A stretch of 60,853 nucleotides of DNA, filler included. It is 8 parts of 8 records of this genome, joined end to end, with 100 filler letters (N's around TTAATTAATTAA, not from the genome) between each part and the next. Parts side by side here need not be neighbours in the genome. Positions count along the whole stretch, not along the records: positions 48,687 to 54,763 come from SRR31147125_501; positions 54,864 to 60,853 come from SRR31147125_516; 6 more parts are not named here. One strand, written 5' to 3'. Within the stretch, counting starts at the first letter, position 1. Every line of letters starts with the position of its first letter. The position numbers and the translations under genes are program-made. The notes below the pieces were generated by a model that was not told where the DNA came from, made no database searches, and saw only the letters and a program-made list of their open reading frames with translations. Shown piece by piece: positions 51,791 to 60,853 of the stretch.

Positions 51791-53402
51791 GACCACCTCT
51801 CTTTTTGGGGATTTCAATGACGAAAAGGGCACCTCCAAGATCGGACGTTTGCACGCTGATGCCACCGTTGAGTGCACGGAGCGTACTGCGAACGAGATAG
51901 AGTCCATATCCTCTGTTTGTCCCTGTTTTTCCCGAAACGCCCTTTTCAAATAAAGTTTTTAACATATTCCTCGGGATGCCGGGGCCCGAATCGGAAATTT
52001 CAAAAATGAGATCATTGCCGAAATCACTTAAAAAGAGATCAACCCTGGGTGGGCCTTGACCTGATAGTGCGGCATCGAACGCATTATTGATTACGTTTCC
52101 AAGGATCGTGACCAGCTGATTGCGATTGAGATCATCGGGAAGGTCGAGCATACGACTCTCCTGGTCGATGTTGAATTCAACCTTGAGTTCTGATGCGTGC
52201 ATGTATTTTCCGATGAGGAACGACGACAGGGTCGGGTCGGGAACCGCCTCCGTCAGAAACCGCACCAATAGCCGGTGCCCGGTTGTCTCTTCGGCGATGA
52301 AATCCAGAACTTCCTCGTAGGCTTCCATCTGCAGCATACCGACGATGGCATGCAGCCGGTTGTTATACTCATGGGTCTGGGCACGCAGCATGTCGGAGTA
52401 GGTCTGGACCTGGGTCAGTTCTTTGGCGATCAGGTCTATTTCGTCTTTGCGCCTAAAGGTCGCGACAGCACCGCGGATCTGCCGTTCATGGAGGATGGGG
52501 ACCATGCTGAAAATGATTTCTGTCCCACGGATAGAGATCTCCTGGTTGAGGATGCTGTCTCCCCGGTCAAAGATGGTTGAGAAATCGATCTGGGTAAAAA
52601 TATCGGTGACCGGACGGCCCAGGATTGAATTGCTCATCTGGGTTGCTGCCGCTTGGTTCAAAAGAGTGATCGTCCCCATTTCATCAGTTGCGATGATCCC
52701 TTCACGGATTGAAGCGATAATCGCTTCCCGCTCCTGGAACAGGTTGGCGATTTCATCCGGCTCCAGACCTAGGGTTGCTTTTTTGACTCCTCTGGCGATC
52801 AGAATGGCTGCCCCCAGACCGAGAGTAATAAAGACCCAGATATAGAAAAGCTCCTTTTCCAGGTATCCCTGAGTGACCTGGCGCACGTTTTCAACCAGAT
52901 AGCCCACGGAAACCATGCCGATGATTTCGAAGTTACTGTCAAAAATGGGTGCATTGCCACTGATGATCGCGCCTTCTTCGTCGGTACTTTTCGACAGGTA
53001 GGGGCGTCCATGGCGCAGGGCCCGCGATTCCAGAGGATCAATGAAGAGGGTTCCAACATTCTGTTTGTCCGTGCTGGAGACCTGAATGCCGTTGCGGTCG
53101 GTGACAAGGATCGTGGTCGCTTCCACGTTGAGACGGATTTCTTCTGTCAGGGTTTGCAGGGTGCCGAATTCATCCATGGTCTGGACCATCAGCTTCAACT
53201 CGGGAATCAGAGCGATCTGTTTCGCGGCTTGAAGGGCTCGTTTTTCCGTCTGATGCTGAACGATGTCATAGATCATCCGTGAAAACAGAATTCCGATAGA
53301 GAGCAATTGAAAAGCAATCAGGATGATAACAACCAGCGCAACGGAATCGATCAGCTTTCGCGGTTTGACTTTCTCTCTGAGGCGAAGGAACGGGGATCTC
53401 AT
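51777..53402 (-). CDS. citA: CitA/DcuS family sensor histidine kinase with an atypical periplasmic sCache domain
   Basis: Two TMs, LGLEP.EIA, PAS, LRAQTHEYNNRL H-box, ILGN..NAFDA, D.GPG, GYGL. Confidence 0.88.
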   Translation of the reverse strand: MRSPFLRLREKVKPRKLIDSVALVVIILIAFQLLSIGILFSRMIYDIVQHQTEKRALQAAKQIALIPELKLMVQTMDEFGTLQTLTEEIRLNVEATTILVTDRNGIQVSSTDKQNVGTLFIDPLESRALRHGRPYLSKSTDEEGAIISGNAPIFDSNFEIIGMVSVGYLVENVRQVTQGYLEKELFYIWVFITLGLGAAILIARGVKKATLGLEPDEIANLFQEREAIIASIREGIIATDEMGTITLLNQAAATQMSNSILGRPVTDIFTQIDFSTIFDRGDSILNQEISIRGTEIIFSMVPILHERQIRGAVATFRRKDEIDLIAKELTQVQTYSDMLRAQTHEYNNRLHAIVGMLQMEAYEEVLDFIAEETTGHRLLVRFLTEAVPDPTLSSFLIGKYMHASELKVEFNIDQESRMLDLPDDLNRNQLVTILGNVINNAFDAALSGQGPPRVDLFLSDFGNDLIFEISDSGPGIPRNMLKTLFEKGVSGKTGTNRGYGLYLVRSTLRALNGGISVQTSDLGGALFVIEIPKKRGGHEDN

Positions 53403-54763
53403 TCTGATCTCCGTTTTGAATAGAGGCGCTGAAAGACTGGAACCATGACCATCGCGAAGCTCAGTATCCAGAGCGTTATAGCGGTTGGGCTGGCAAACAG
53501 GATAGATAAATCCCCCGCACTGATGGAAAGAGCCCGGCGCAGGTTGTTTTCCAGTAATTCACCCAGGACGAAACCGAGGAGAAGGGGAATCAGCGGATAA
53601 TTGAACTTTTGCAGGAAATAGCTGAACAAACCGATCAGCACGACCAGGAGGAGTGAAAAGCTACTGGCATTCACTGCAAAACAGGCGATAAATGTTAAGA
53701 CCAGCAACAATGGTGCAAGAATTTGTCTGGGGATTTTGTACGTTTGCACGATCAGTCGCGGCAGGCTCAGATTAAGAACCAATAGCAGCAGATTGGCAAT
53801 GGCGACTGTGGCAATAATGACCCAGATCAGTTCTGCCTGTTGATTCAGAAGTTGAGGGCCGGGGGTGACATTATAGAGCAGAAGGGCCCCCAGAAGGATC
53901 GCGCTGGTCCCGCTTCCGGGGATTCCCAAGCTCAACAGCGGAAGCATCGTTCCGCCACAAGCGGCATTGTTGGCTGTTTCCCGGGTGAGAAGCCATTCAA
54001 GGCGTCCCAGACCCCGTCCCGTTTTCCGACGTGCGAGGGTTTCTTCCAGGCGTTCGCTCAGATCGCTCGCGACCATAGTTCCGCACGCTGGAAGAATGCC
54101 GACGAGAAACCCTCCGAGGGCGCTGCGCAGCAGGAGGAAACGATGAGTCAACAGATCATTCCAACGGTTGCGGCCGTTGTTAACTTTGATGTTTTCAGGT
54201 TTCCAGGTGGGGGACTCCAACAGAACAAAAATATGACTGACGACAAAGAGGCCAATGATCACCGTCGTGAATTCAATGCCATCGTAAAGTTGTGGTTGGT
54301 CAAAGGTAAAACGAAGGATTCCGGTGGTTGAATCAATACCGACACAAGCCATCATCAAGCCGAGACAAGTGCTGACAATTGTTCTGGCCGGATAACGATG
54401 AGTTCGAATGGCAAGGGCTGAAAAAGCAAAGATGATCAATACGAAATATTCAGCGGGACCGAACCCGGACTGAAGACGTTGAAACAGGGGGACCATCAGG
54501 ATTAATCCGGCAACGGCGAGCATGCCGCCCCCAAAGGCACCAATACAGCTCAGAGATAGTGCGGATCTGTCGATTTCATTCTCTTCAACGTCAAGGGTTG
54601 CTGATATCCTTTCACCATAAATGCACCCGTGATAGAGGGAGAGGAGAAAAACCAAGACCGATTCGATCGGTAACTTCAGCGCATAGGCAATTGGGGTCAT
54701 CAGAGCAACACAGTGAATAGCTCTGATTCCTGGAAGAGCACCGGCAACGGTTCCAAGAAAGAC
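53399..54763 (-). CDS. tctA: Tripartite tricarboxylate transporter permease TctA-like, divergent (5'-truncated by contig end)
   Basis: G.LPG, FGPAEYF, VG.D..TG..RFTF, E.ANNA, PLL.LGIPG, PGP, GFVLG..LE.N.RRAL. Confidence 0.85.
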   Translation of the reverse strand, partial: VFLGTVAGALPGIRAIHCVALMTPIAYALKLPIESVLVFLLSLYHGCIYGERISATLDVEENEIDRSALSLSCIGAFGGGMLAVAGLILMVPLFQRLQSGFGPAEYFVLIIFAFSALAIRTHRYPARTIVSTCLGLMMACVGIDSTTGILRFTFDQPQLYDGIEFTTVIIGLFVVSHIFVLLESPTWKPENIKVNNGRNRWNDLLTHRFLLLRSALGGFLVGILPACGTMVASDLSERLEETLARRKTGRGLGRLEWLLTRETANNAACGGTMLPLLSLGIPGSGTSAILLGALLLYNVTPGPQLLNQQAELIWVIIATVAIANLLLLVLNLSLPRLIVQTYKIPRQILAPLLLVLTFIACFAVNASSFSLLLVVLIGLFSYFLQKFNYPLIPLLLGFVLGELLENNLRRALSISAGDLSILFASPTAITLWILSFAMVMVPVFQRLYSKRRSE

Positions 54764-54863
54764 NNNNNNNNNNNNNNNNNNNNNNNNNNNNNNNNNNNNN
54801 NNNNNNNTTAATTAATTAANNNNNNNNNNNNNNNNNNNNNNNNNNNNNNNNNNNNNNNNNNNN
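54764..54863. other. Artificial contig-join spacer
   Basis: N-run + TTAATTAATTAA + N-run. Confidence 0.98.
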
Positions 54864-54967
54864 TTGACTTATATAAACTTCTAGAGAAATCAAAAAAACT
54901 TAAATAAAATCTAATTTCGAATAATAATATATAATTAAAATATTTCCGTAAATAAAACAAAACGAAT

Positions 54968-55663
54968 ATGATACGTACTGTAAACTTAAACAAGGTATTT
55001 CGCACAGAAGAAATTGAAACAACGGCACTTAACCATGTAAACTTCGAAGTTAAAAAAGGTGAATTTGTTGCCATTATGGGGCCTTCAGGATGTGGTAAAT
55101 CAACACTTTTAAACATTATTGGATTGCTTGATAACCCTAGCAATGGTGAATATTTCTTTGATGGTATTGAGGTCTCAAATTACAAAGAGAACAAACGAAC
55201 TGATCTTAGAAAAGGTAACATTGGTTTTGTGTTCCAAAGCTTTAACCTTATTGATGAGCTTAATGTGTACGAAAATGTAGAGCTACCACTTATCTACCTT
55301 AAAATGAGTACCAGTGAGCGCCGCAAAAAAGTAGAAGCAATTCTTGAAAGAATGAAAATTGGCCATCGTAAAAAGCACTTCCCACAACAACTTTCTGGTG
55401 GACAACAGCAAAGAGTTGCTATCAGTAGGGCAATTGTTGCGGGGCCAAAATTAATACTTGCCGATGAGCCCACAGGTAACCTCGATTCTAAACATGGTTT
55501 AGAAGTTATGAACCTGTTAAAAGAACTTAACGATGAAGGTACTACCATTGTAATGGTTACGCATAGTAAACGCGACTCTGAATTCGCTGCCAGGGTAGTA
55601 AACTTATTCGATGGACACATTATTACAGAAAACATAAATGCTGTTGTTGAAACAACTATCTGA
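54968..55663 (+). CDS. ABC transporter ATP-binding protein (LolD/MacB-type)
   Basis: GPSGCGKST, LSGGQQQR, LADEPTGNLD, VTH. Confidence 0.95.
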   Translation: MIRTVNLNKVFRTEEIETTALNHVNFEVKKGEFVAIMGPSGCGKSTLLNIIGLLDNPSNGEYFFDGIEVSNYKENKRTDLRKGNIGFVFQSFNLIDELNVYENVELPLIYLKMSTSERRKKVEAILERMKIGHRKKHFPQQLSGGQQQRVAISRAIVAGPKLILADEPTGNLDSKHGLEVMNLLKELNDEGTTIVMVTHSKRDSEFAARVVNLFDGHIITENINAVVETTI

Positions 55664-55738
55664 TAATGTGTAATTAGCAATAGATAATTAAAAAACCTGA
55701 ATTCTCACTATTACCCATTAACATTAATAATTAAAATT

Positions 55739-58168
55739 ATGATAGCTCATTACCTTAAAATGACCTGGAGAGAATTCAGAAAAGACTCTCTTTACACATG
55801 GATAAAAATTGGTGGGTTTGCAATGGGTATTGCAGCATGTTTGTTAATAGTACTTTATACCAAACATGAATTGAGCTACGATAAACATTACACAAAAACA
55901 TCACAAATTTATCGTGTAGTCGGTGTAGCTCAACAACCTAATGAATTAGTAAAATTAACACATTTTCAGGCTCCCATGGCTAAGGCATTAATGGACGAAT
56001 TCCCGGAAATTGAAAAGTCGGGGCGATTCAATGCAGTTGAACTTTTTGGCGCAGGTGATAACCAGATACGAAGTGCTGATGCCTTAGAAAATTCATATGA
56101 ACAAGGATTTGTTTTTGCCGATCAAGAGATTCTTGATATTCTCGAAGTACCTTTTGTTTATGGAGATGCAAAAAAAGCGCTCTTAAATGCTAATTCAATC
56201 GTTATTACCAAAAGCAAGGCCGATAAATTTTTCCCCAACGAAAATCCTGTTGGAAAGTCCATGATTGTTAATAATAATGTCGAAGACCCATTCACTGTTA
56301 CTGGTGTAATCGAAGATTTTCCAACTAATTCGCATGTCAATTTTGATTATTTTATTGCCCTCCACCCGAATATATTTTACCCTGGTGAACAGACACGCTG
56401 GACTTCCTGGAATTATATTACTTATGTCCTGGTTAATCCGGAAACAAATATCCAGGAGCTGGAAAAAAAATTAAGGTTGATTGCCATAAAATATATGGCT
56501 CCTGCTTTTGAAGAAGAGGGGGATGTATTTGCCGAAGTAATTAAGGAAAAACTAAATTTTGAATTACAGCCCATCGATAACATTTATCTTAAATCAAGTG
56601 ACATTTATCCAGATGGCTTTGCTAGAGGTGATATCCGTTTTGTTTGGTTATTTGTTGCAATTGCCCTGTTTATACTTATTATCGCTTGCGTAAATTTTAT
56701 CAACCTGTCTACAGCTCGATCATCAAACCGTGCTAAAGAAGTTGGATTAAGGAAAACAATTGGTGCCAGGAAAAAATATGTTATCAATCAATTCTTTTTT
56801 GAATCGATATCGTATTCCATAATTTCGGTTGCAGCAGGAGTATTAATTTCATTCCTCATACTACCACTTTTTAACGAGCTATCTGGCAAACAATTAACAA
56901 TTCCTATTTCTAATATGTATTTCATCCCTACCCTAATTGCTACAGCAATTGTTATTGGTATTGCTGCTGGTGCATACCCTTCTTTTTACCTTTCTTCTTT
57001 TAAACCGATAAAAGTTTTAAAAGGAAATTTCAGCAGCAGTAAAGGCAAGTCAGGTTTAAGAAACGGACTGGTTGTTTTTCAATTTACGGCTTCTATTATT
57101 TTAATTATCAGCACCATTGTTGTTCACAATCAGTTAAATTTTATTCTAAACAAAAAATTAGGATTTCAGAAAGACCAACTTGTTATCTTACACGGCACAA
57201 CTACTTTAGATAATAACATCAATTCATTTAAAAATGAGCTAAAGAAAATACCAGCCGTACAAAATGTTAGCATTAGTAATTACCTGCCTATAAAAGGTAC
57301 AATGCGTAATGGTAATTCTTTTTTTAAAGAAGGAAGAAACAAAATTGACGAATCAATTGGAGGACAGAGGTGGCGTGTTGATTACGATTATATTGAAACG
57401 CTGGGAATGAAGATAGTTGATGGCCGAAATTTCTCGGAAGAAATTACAACAGATTCAAGAGCAGTTATTATTAATCAAATGATGGTTAATGAGCTTGGTT
57501 TAGAAAATCCTGTCGGGAAAAAGATCACAAATGGATATGATACCTGGGAGGTAATTGGAGTTGTAGAAGATTTTCATTTTGAAAGCATAAAATACGATAT
57601 TTCACCTCTTGCTATGAATCTTGGGAATAGCACAGAAACCATGGCTATAAAAATCCAAAGTCAGGATGTTGGTAATACGTTAGAAGTTATTCAACAAAAA
57701 TGGAACGATTTCTCGCCTAACCAATCGTTTCGATATTCTTTTCTTGACTCGGATTTTGCTTTGATGTACAAAGATGTTGAAAGACTTGGTCAAATTTTCT
57801 TTGTATTCGCCATGCTTGCCATTTTAATTGCTTGCTTAGGTTTATTTGGACTTGCCGAGTACATCACCAAGGGAAGGATTAAAGAGATAGGGGTTAGAAA
57901 AGTAAATGGCGCAAGAAATTTAAATATCCTCGGAATCTTAAATAAAGATTTTATTGCATGGGTATTTGTGTCATTCATAATTGCATCGCCCATTGCATGG
58001 ATAGCAATGAATAAGTACCTGCAAAATTTTGCCTACAAAATTGAGATTGGTTGGTGGATTTTTATTACAGCAGGCTTATCAACATTAATTATTGCAATTG
58101 CAACCGTGAGCTGGCAAAGTTGGAGGGCAGCAAGCAGGAATCCGGTGAAGGCGCTGCGTTATGAATAA
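55739..58168 (+). CDS. MacB/FtsX family ABC permease (Bacteroidota duplicated-domain type)
   Basis: ELSYD, ACVNFINL, KEVGLRK, LVVFQF, KEIGVRKVNGA, NPVKALRYE. Confidence 0.93.
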   Translation: MIAHYLKMTWREFRKDSLYTWIKIGGFAMGIAACLLIVLYTKHELSYDKHYTKTSQIYRVVGVAQQPNELVKLTHFQAPMAKALMDEFPEIEKSGRFNAVELFGAGDNQIRSADALENSYEQGFVFADQEILDILEVPFVYGDAKKALLNANSIVITKSKADKFFPNENPVGKSMIVNNNVEDPFTVTGVIEDFPTNSHVNFDYFIALHPNIFYPGEQTRWTSWNYITYVLVNPETNIQELEKKLRLIAIKYMAPAFEEEGDVFAEVIKEKLNFELQPIDNIYLKSSDIYPDGFARGDIRFVWLFVAIALFILIIACVNFINLSTARSSNRAKEVGLRKTIGARKKYVINQFFFESISYSIISVAAGVLISFLILPLFNELSGKQLTIPISNMYFIPTLIATAIVIGIAAGAYPSFYLSSFKPIKVLKGNFSSSKGKSGLRNGLVVFQFTASIILIISTIVVHNQLNFILNKKLGFQKDQLVILHGTTTLDNNINSFKNELKKIPAVQNVSISNYLPIKGTMRNGNSFFKEGRNKIDESIGGQRWRVDYDYIETLGMKIVDGRNFSEEITTDSRAVIINQMMVNELGLENPVGKKITNGYDTWEVIGVVEDFHFESIKYDISPLAMNLGNSTETMAIKIQSQDVGNTLEVIQQKWNDFSPNQSFRYSFLDSDFALMYKDVERLGQIFFVFAMLAILIACLGLFGLAEYITKGRIKEIGVRKVNGARNLNILGILNKDFIAWVFVSFIIASPIAWIAMNKYLQNFAYKIEIGWWIFITAGLSTLIIAIATVSWQSWRAASRNPVKALRYE

Positions 58169-58205
58169 ATAGTAAGTAATGAACAATGAGTAATATTGAT
58201 AAAAG

Positions 58206-58332
58206 AACCCCAAACCCCTAAAGGGGATTTAAGGAGGTAAATATTAATTAAAGAACTATTGAAAAACAAATTATAACAACTTGCAAAAAAATAGTTGGAG
58301 CATCAAAGTCCCCTTTGGGGGATTTTGGGGTT
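58206..58332. repeat. REP-like inverted-repeat element (CCCCTAAAGGGG / CCCCTTTGGGGG cores)
   Basis: aaccccaaacccctaaaggggattt ... aagtcccctttgggggattttggggtt. Confidence 0.7.
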
Positions 58333-58343
58333 ACATCTCACGA

Positions 58344-58389
58344 CAATCGTACATGGCAGCGAACAGAAAAGGCGCTGATGTATGAATAA
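58344..58389 (+). pseudogene. Remnant 3' end of another ABC permease gene
   Basis: caatcgtacatggcagcgaacagaaaaggcgctgatgtatgaataa aligns with the end of the upstream permease (caaagttggagggcagcaagcagg...aaggcgctgcgttatgaataa). Confidence 0.6.
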
Positions 58390-58505
58390 AATCTTAAACT
58401 ATGATTATTTTGATTTACTGAATACTTTGATTCTTAATAATAAATCAAAGCTCCAGACAAATAGAATGAAAAATAAGTAAATGAATTTCATCAAAAAATA
58501 AAACT

Positions 58506-60853
58506 ATGAATCTCCAAATCAATAAAATCTTCCGGTACCTACGAAAAAACGCAACATTTACTACTATAAATATTTTGGGACTTGCATTTGGTTTTACATG
58601 CGCTTTGCTCATTATATTACACGTTAAAAAAGAATACTCGTACAACACCAGTATTCCTGAAAACGAAAGGGTGTTTTTTTTACTTGAAAAGAGTCCTCGT
58701 TCCACATTGGGTAATACATCAATTAGTTATGCATTAACCCCACTATTGGGGAAACATTATCCTGAAATTGAATACTACGCCCGCACAGAAAACTATGCCT
58801 GGTTTTCCAATTGTATTGTTTCGTATCAATCACAAAACAGCAATGAAATACGCAGTTTTAACGAATCATCATTTTACATTGCTGATAACGATGTATTTAA
58901 TATTTTTCAATATCCGTTTGTTGAAGGTAAAAGCGAGAATTGTTTAAATGAACCTGGTTCTATAGTCTTATCAAAAAATACTGCTGAGAGATACTTTGGC
59001 AACGAACCAGCGCTAGGAAAAACACTTGTTTTGAACGACGAACATTCTTTTACCGTATCTGGTGTAGTGGAATTTCCTGATTATACTACTTTTCAATTCT
59101 CCATGCTGGCCCCAATGACAACATTGCGTTCAGAATCGAAACTTGCAAGTTGGAATAGCAATGGCCAACCTTATTTTAAACTGCACGAGAATGTAAATTA
59201 TAAAGAATTCAATAATAAGATAGAACATTTTTATAGCGAACTAAAACCTGAAAATATTCGCAATCCGGAAGAATTAACCCTTACTATGCAGCCCATAAAA
59301 GACCGAAGGTTGTACTACAACAAAAGGCCGTTAAACCTGCTAATATTTATGGGCTTTGTGATACTTACTGTAAGTATTTTAAACTATGTAAGTATTTCAA
59401 CCTCACTTGTTCAAAAACGAAACCAGGAGATTGCGCTAAAAAAGATATCCGGCGCCGGCAAACGATTAATTGGTTATGAATTTATTTTGGAAACAGCTTT
59501 CGTTTGTCTTTTTGCCATATTAATAAGTATGTTAACTTCTTTTATTGGCACTTCGCTTTTCCATAAACTTACAGGCTCAGAAATTCTTCCATTTCTCAAA
59601 AGCAGTTTTAGTTTATTCGTTAAGTACAGTGTTCTGCTTTGGTTGTCAATATCATTAATAGCCGGTTTTTATCCGGCAATGATTTTATCCGGAATGACTC
59701 CCTTATCAGCATTTCGAAAGGAAGGAAAAAAGGGACATCAATCCTTGGAAAAAATGTAATGGTAACGTTTCAATTTGTTGTCTCCATTGTGCTTGTAATT
59801 TTTACGTTGATGGTTAACCGGCAATACAATTTCATGAAAGAGATGCCTTTGGGGTTTGATAGTGAACTGGTAATGGAAATACCATTTAACGATAAATTAA
59901 AAAATAACTATATAAACCTAAAAGATGAATTGAAAAAGATTCCTACTGTTCATGATGTTTGTGCGGCATCAGCTATGCCTGCTGGCATCCCCAATCATTC
60001 TGGTGTAACCTGGACTGATGATAACGATGTGAAACATGAGGAAACATTTGCGTTTGCAATTGTTACAGATGGATATACACAAACCTTCGGCATGCATATG
60101 CTGCGGGGCGAGGAATTTACCATGGAAAGACAAGAAAATCTTAACGGTATAATAGTTAACGAACAAGCAGCGCTTAGATTAGGATACGAAAATCCTATTG
60201 GTAAACAAATAGAATTTTGGGGAAAACAAAACACAATAATAGGTGTAGTAAAAGATTTTCAAAATAATTATTTATTTAATGCTGTTAAGCCTATGGTAAT
60301 GTCTGCTCACCCTAACAACCAAGGGTTTACGAAACACCTATATGTAAGTTTACTACATGGGGACTTAAACCAAACAACAGAAAGAATTGAAAAAATTGTA
60401 ACAAACATTTCTCCCGGATTTCCTTTTGAATATCGATTCACAAATGCTGAAGTTGATAGCTACATTAATGAAATAAAACAACTAAACAGCACTTTTAATT
60501 TTGCCGGGATAGTAGCAATAATACTTGCCGTTATTGGTCTGGTAGCCTTAACATACCATTCAACCCTTAGTAGGATAAAAGAGGTTGGTATTAGAAAAGT
60601 AAATGGAGCAAAAAATATTGAAGTAATGAGCTTGCTAAATAGCACTTATTTTAAATGTATAATTATTGCGTACATAATTGCTTGTCCTATTGCCTGGATT
60701 ATTATCAACAATTTACTTCAGGGTATTGCAAATCGAGTAAGCATTACGTGGTGGGTCTTTGCATTAGGAGGTTTGATTGCCTTGGTAGTAGCTACATTAA
60801 CTGTAAGTTGGCAATCATATAGGGCTGCAAACCGAAATCCGGTGGAGGCATTG
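58506..60853 (+). CDS. Second MacB/FtsX family ABC permease (frameshift near 59740; runs off the window at NPVEAL)
   Basis: TINILGL..G, EIALKK, then VTFQF, KEVGIRKVNGA, SWQSYRAANRNPVEAL in the shifted frame. Confidence 0.88.

Noticed and set aside
51791-51949. N-terminal extension of the response regulator in the ORF track
   Set aside because: It overlaps the kinase CDS; the receiver domain starts at the ATG at 51790 after a GAGG SD.
15737-54863. Seven identical TTAATTAATTAA motifs inside N-runs
   Set aside because: Artificial 100-bp joins (PacI-like, stop codons in all frames). Genes on either side come from different organisms, so cross-junction gene neighbourhoods are meaningless.
1-60853. 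CRISPR arrays, tRNA/rRNA, integrases, transposases, prophage genes
   Set aside because: None was recognisable by eye in the intergenic regions or ORFs; a covariance-model/HMM scan would be needed to exclude divergent ones.

Overview
This window is not one locus. It is a concatenation of 8 unrelated (metagenomic) contigs joined by seven artificial 100-bp spacers (N-run + TTAATTAATTAA + N-run). Many genes, including housekeeping ones, carry 1-bp homopolymer frameshifts that are most likely sequencing errors. Taxon labels are inferred from gene content. (1) 1-15736: Bacteroidota Wzx/Wzy surface-polysaccharide locus with a phosphorylated-intermediate nonulosonic acid (probably KDN) pathway, a candidate sialyl/KDN transferase, and an inserted DUF2281 + AAA/DUF4143 cassette between a truncated and a full epimerase. 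(2) 15837-22525: spore-forming clostridial DNA (clpP, clpX, ygiQ, ferredoxin, gpr, spoIIP, murI). (3) 22626-27740: low-GC Firmicute DNA (pstS with Pho-box-like repeats, AI-2E transporter, a c-di-GMP-I/GEMM riboswitch with A20 upstream of a Na+/solute symporter, hemolysin III fragment). (4) 27841-33415: topA, citrate synthase, Tat oxidoreductase. (5) 33516-40494: SusC/SusD plus three sulfatases. (6) 40595-48586: valS, DUF4139, recG, GT2, methyltransferase. (7) 48687-54763: Desulfobacterota-like AOR, EFR1, and a TctA-CitA-CitB operon. (8) 54864-60853: Bacteroidota MacB/FtsX-type ABC ATPase plus tandem permeases. The strongest candidate for an undescribed system is in contig 7: a degenerate TctA lacking its first conserved NxPG motif is translationally coupled to a CitA-family kinase whose sensor pocket has lost all its carboxylate-binding residues, which suggests a transporter-derived co-sensor. 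Next is the A20 GEMM-I riboswitch, with a visible terminator/antiterminator, controlling an SSS transporter.
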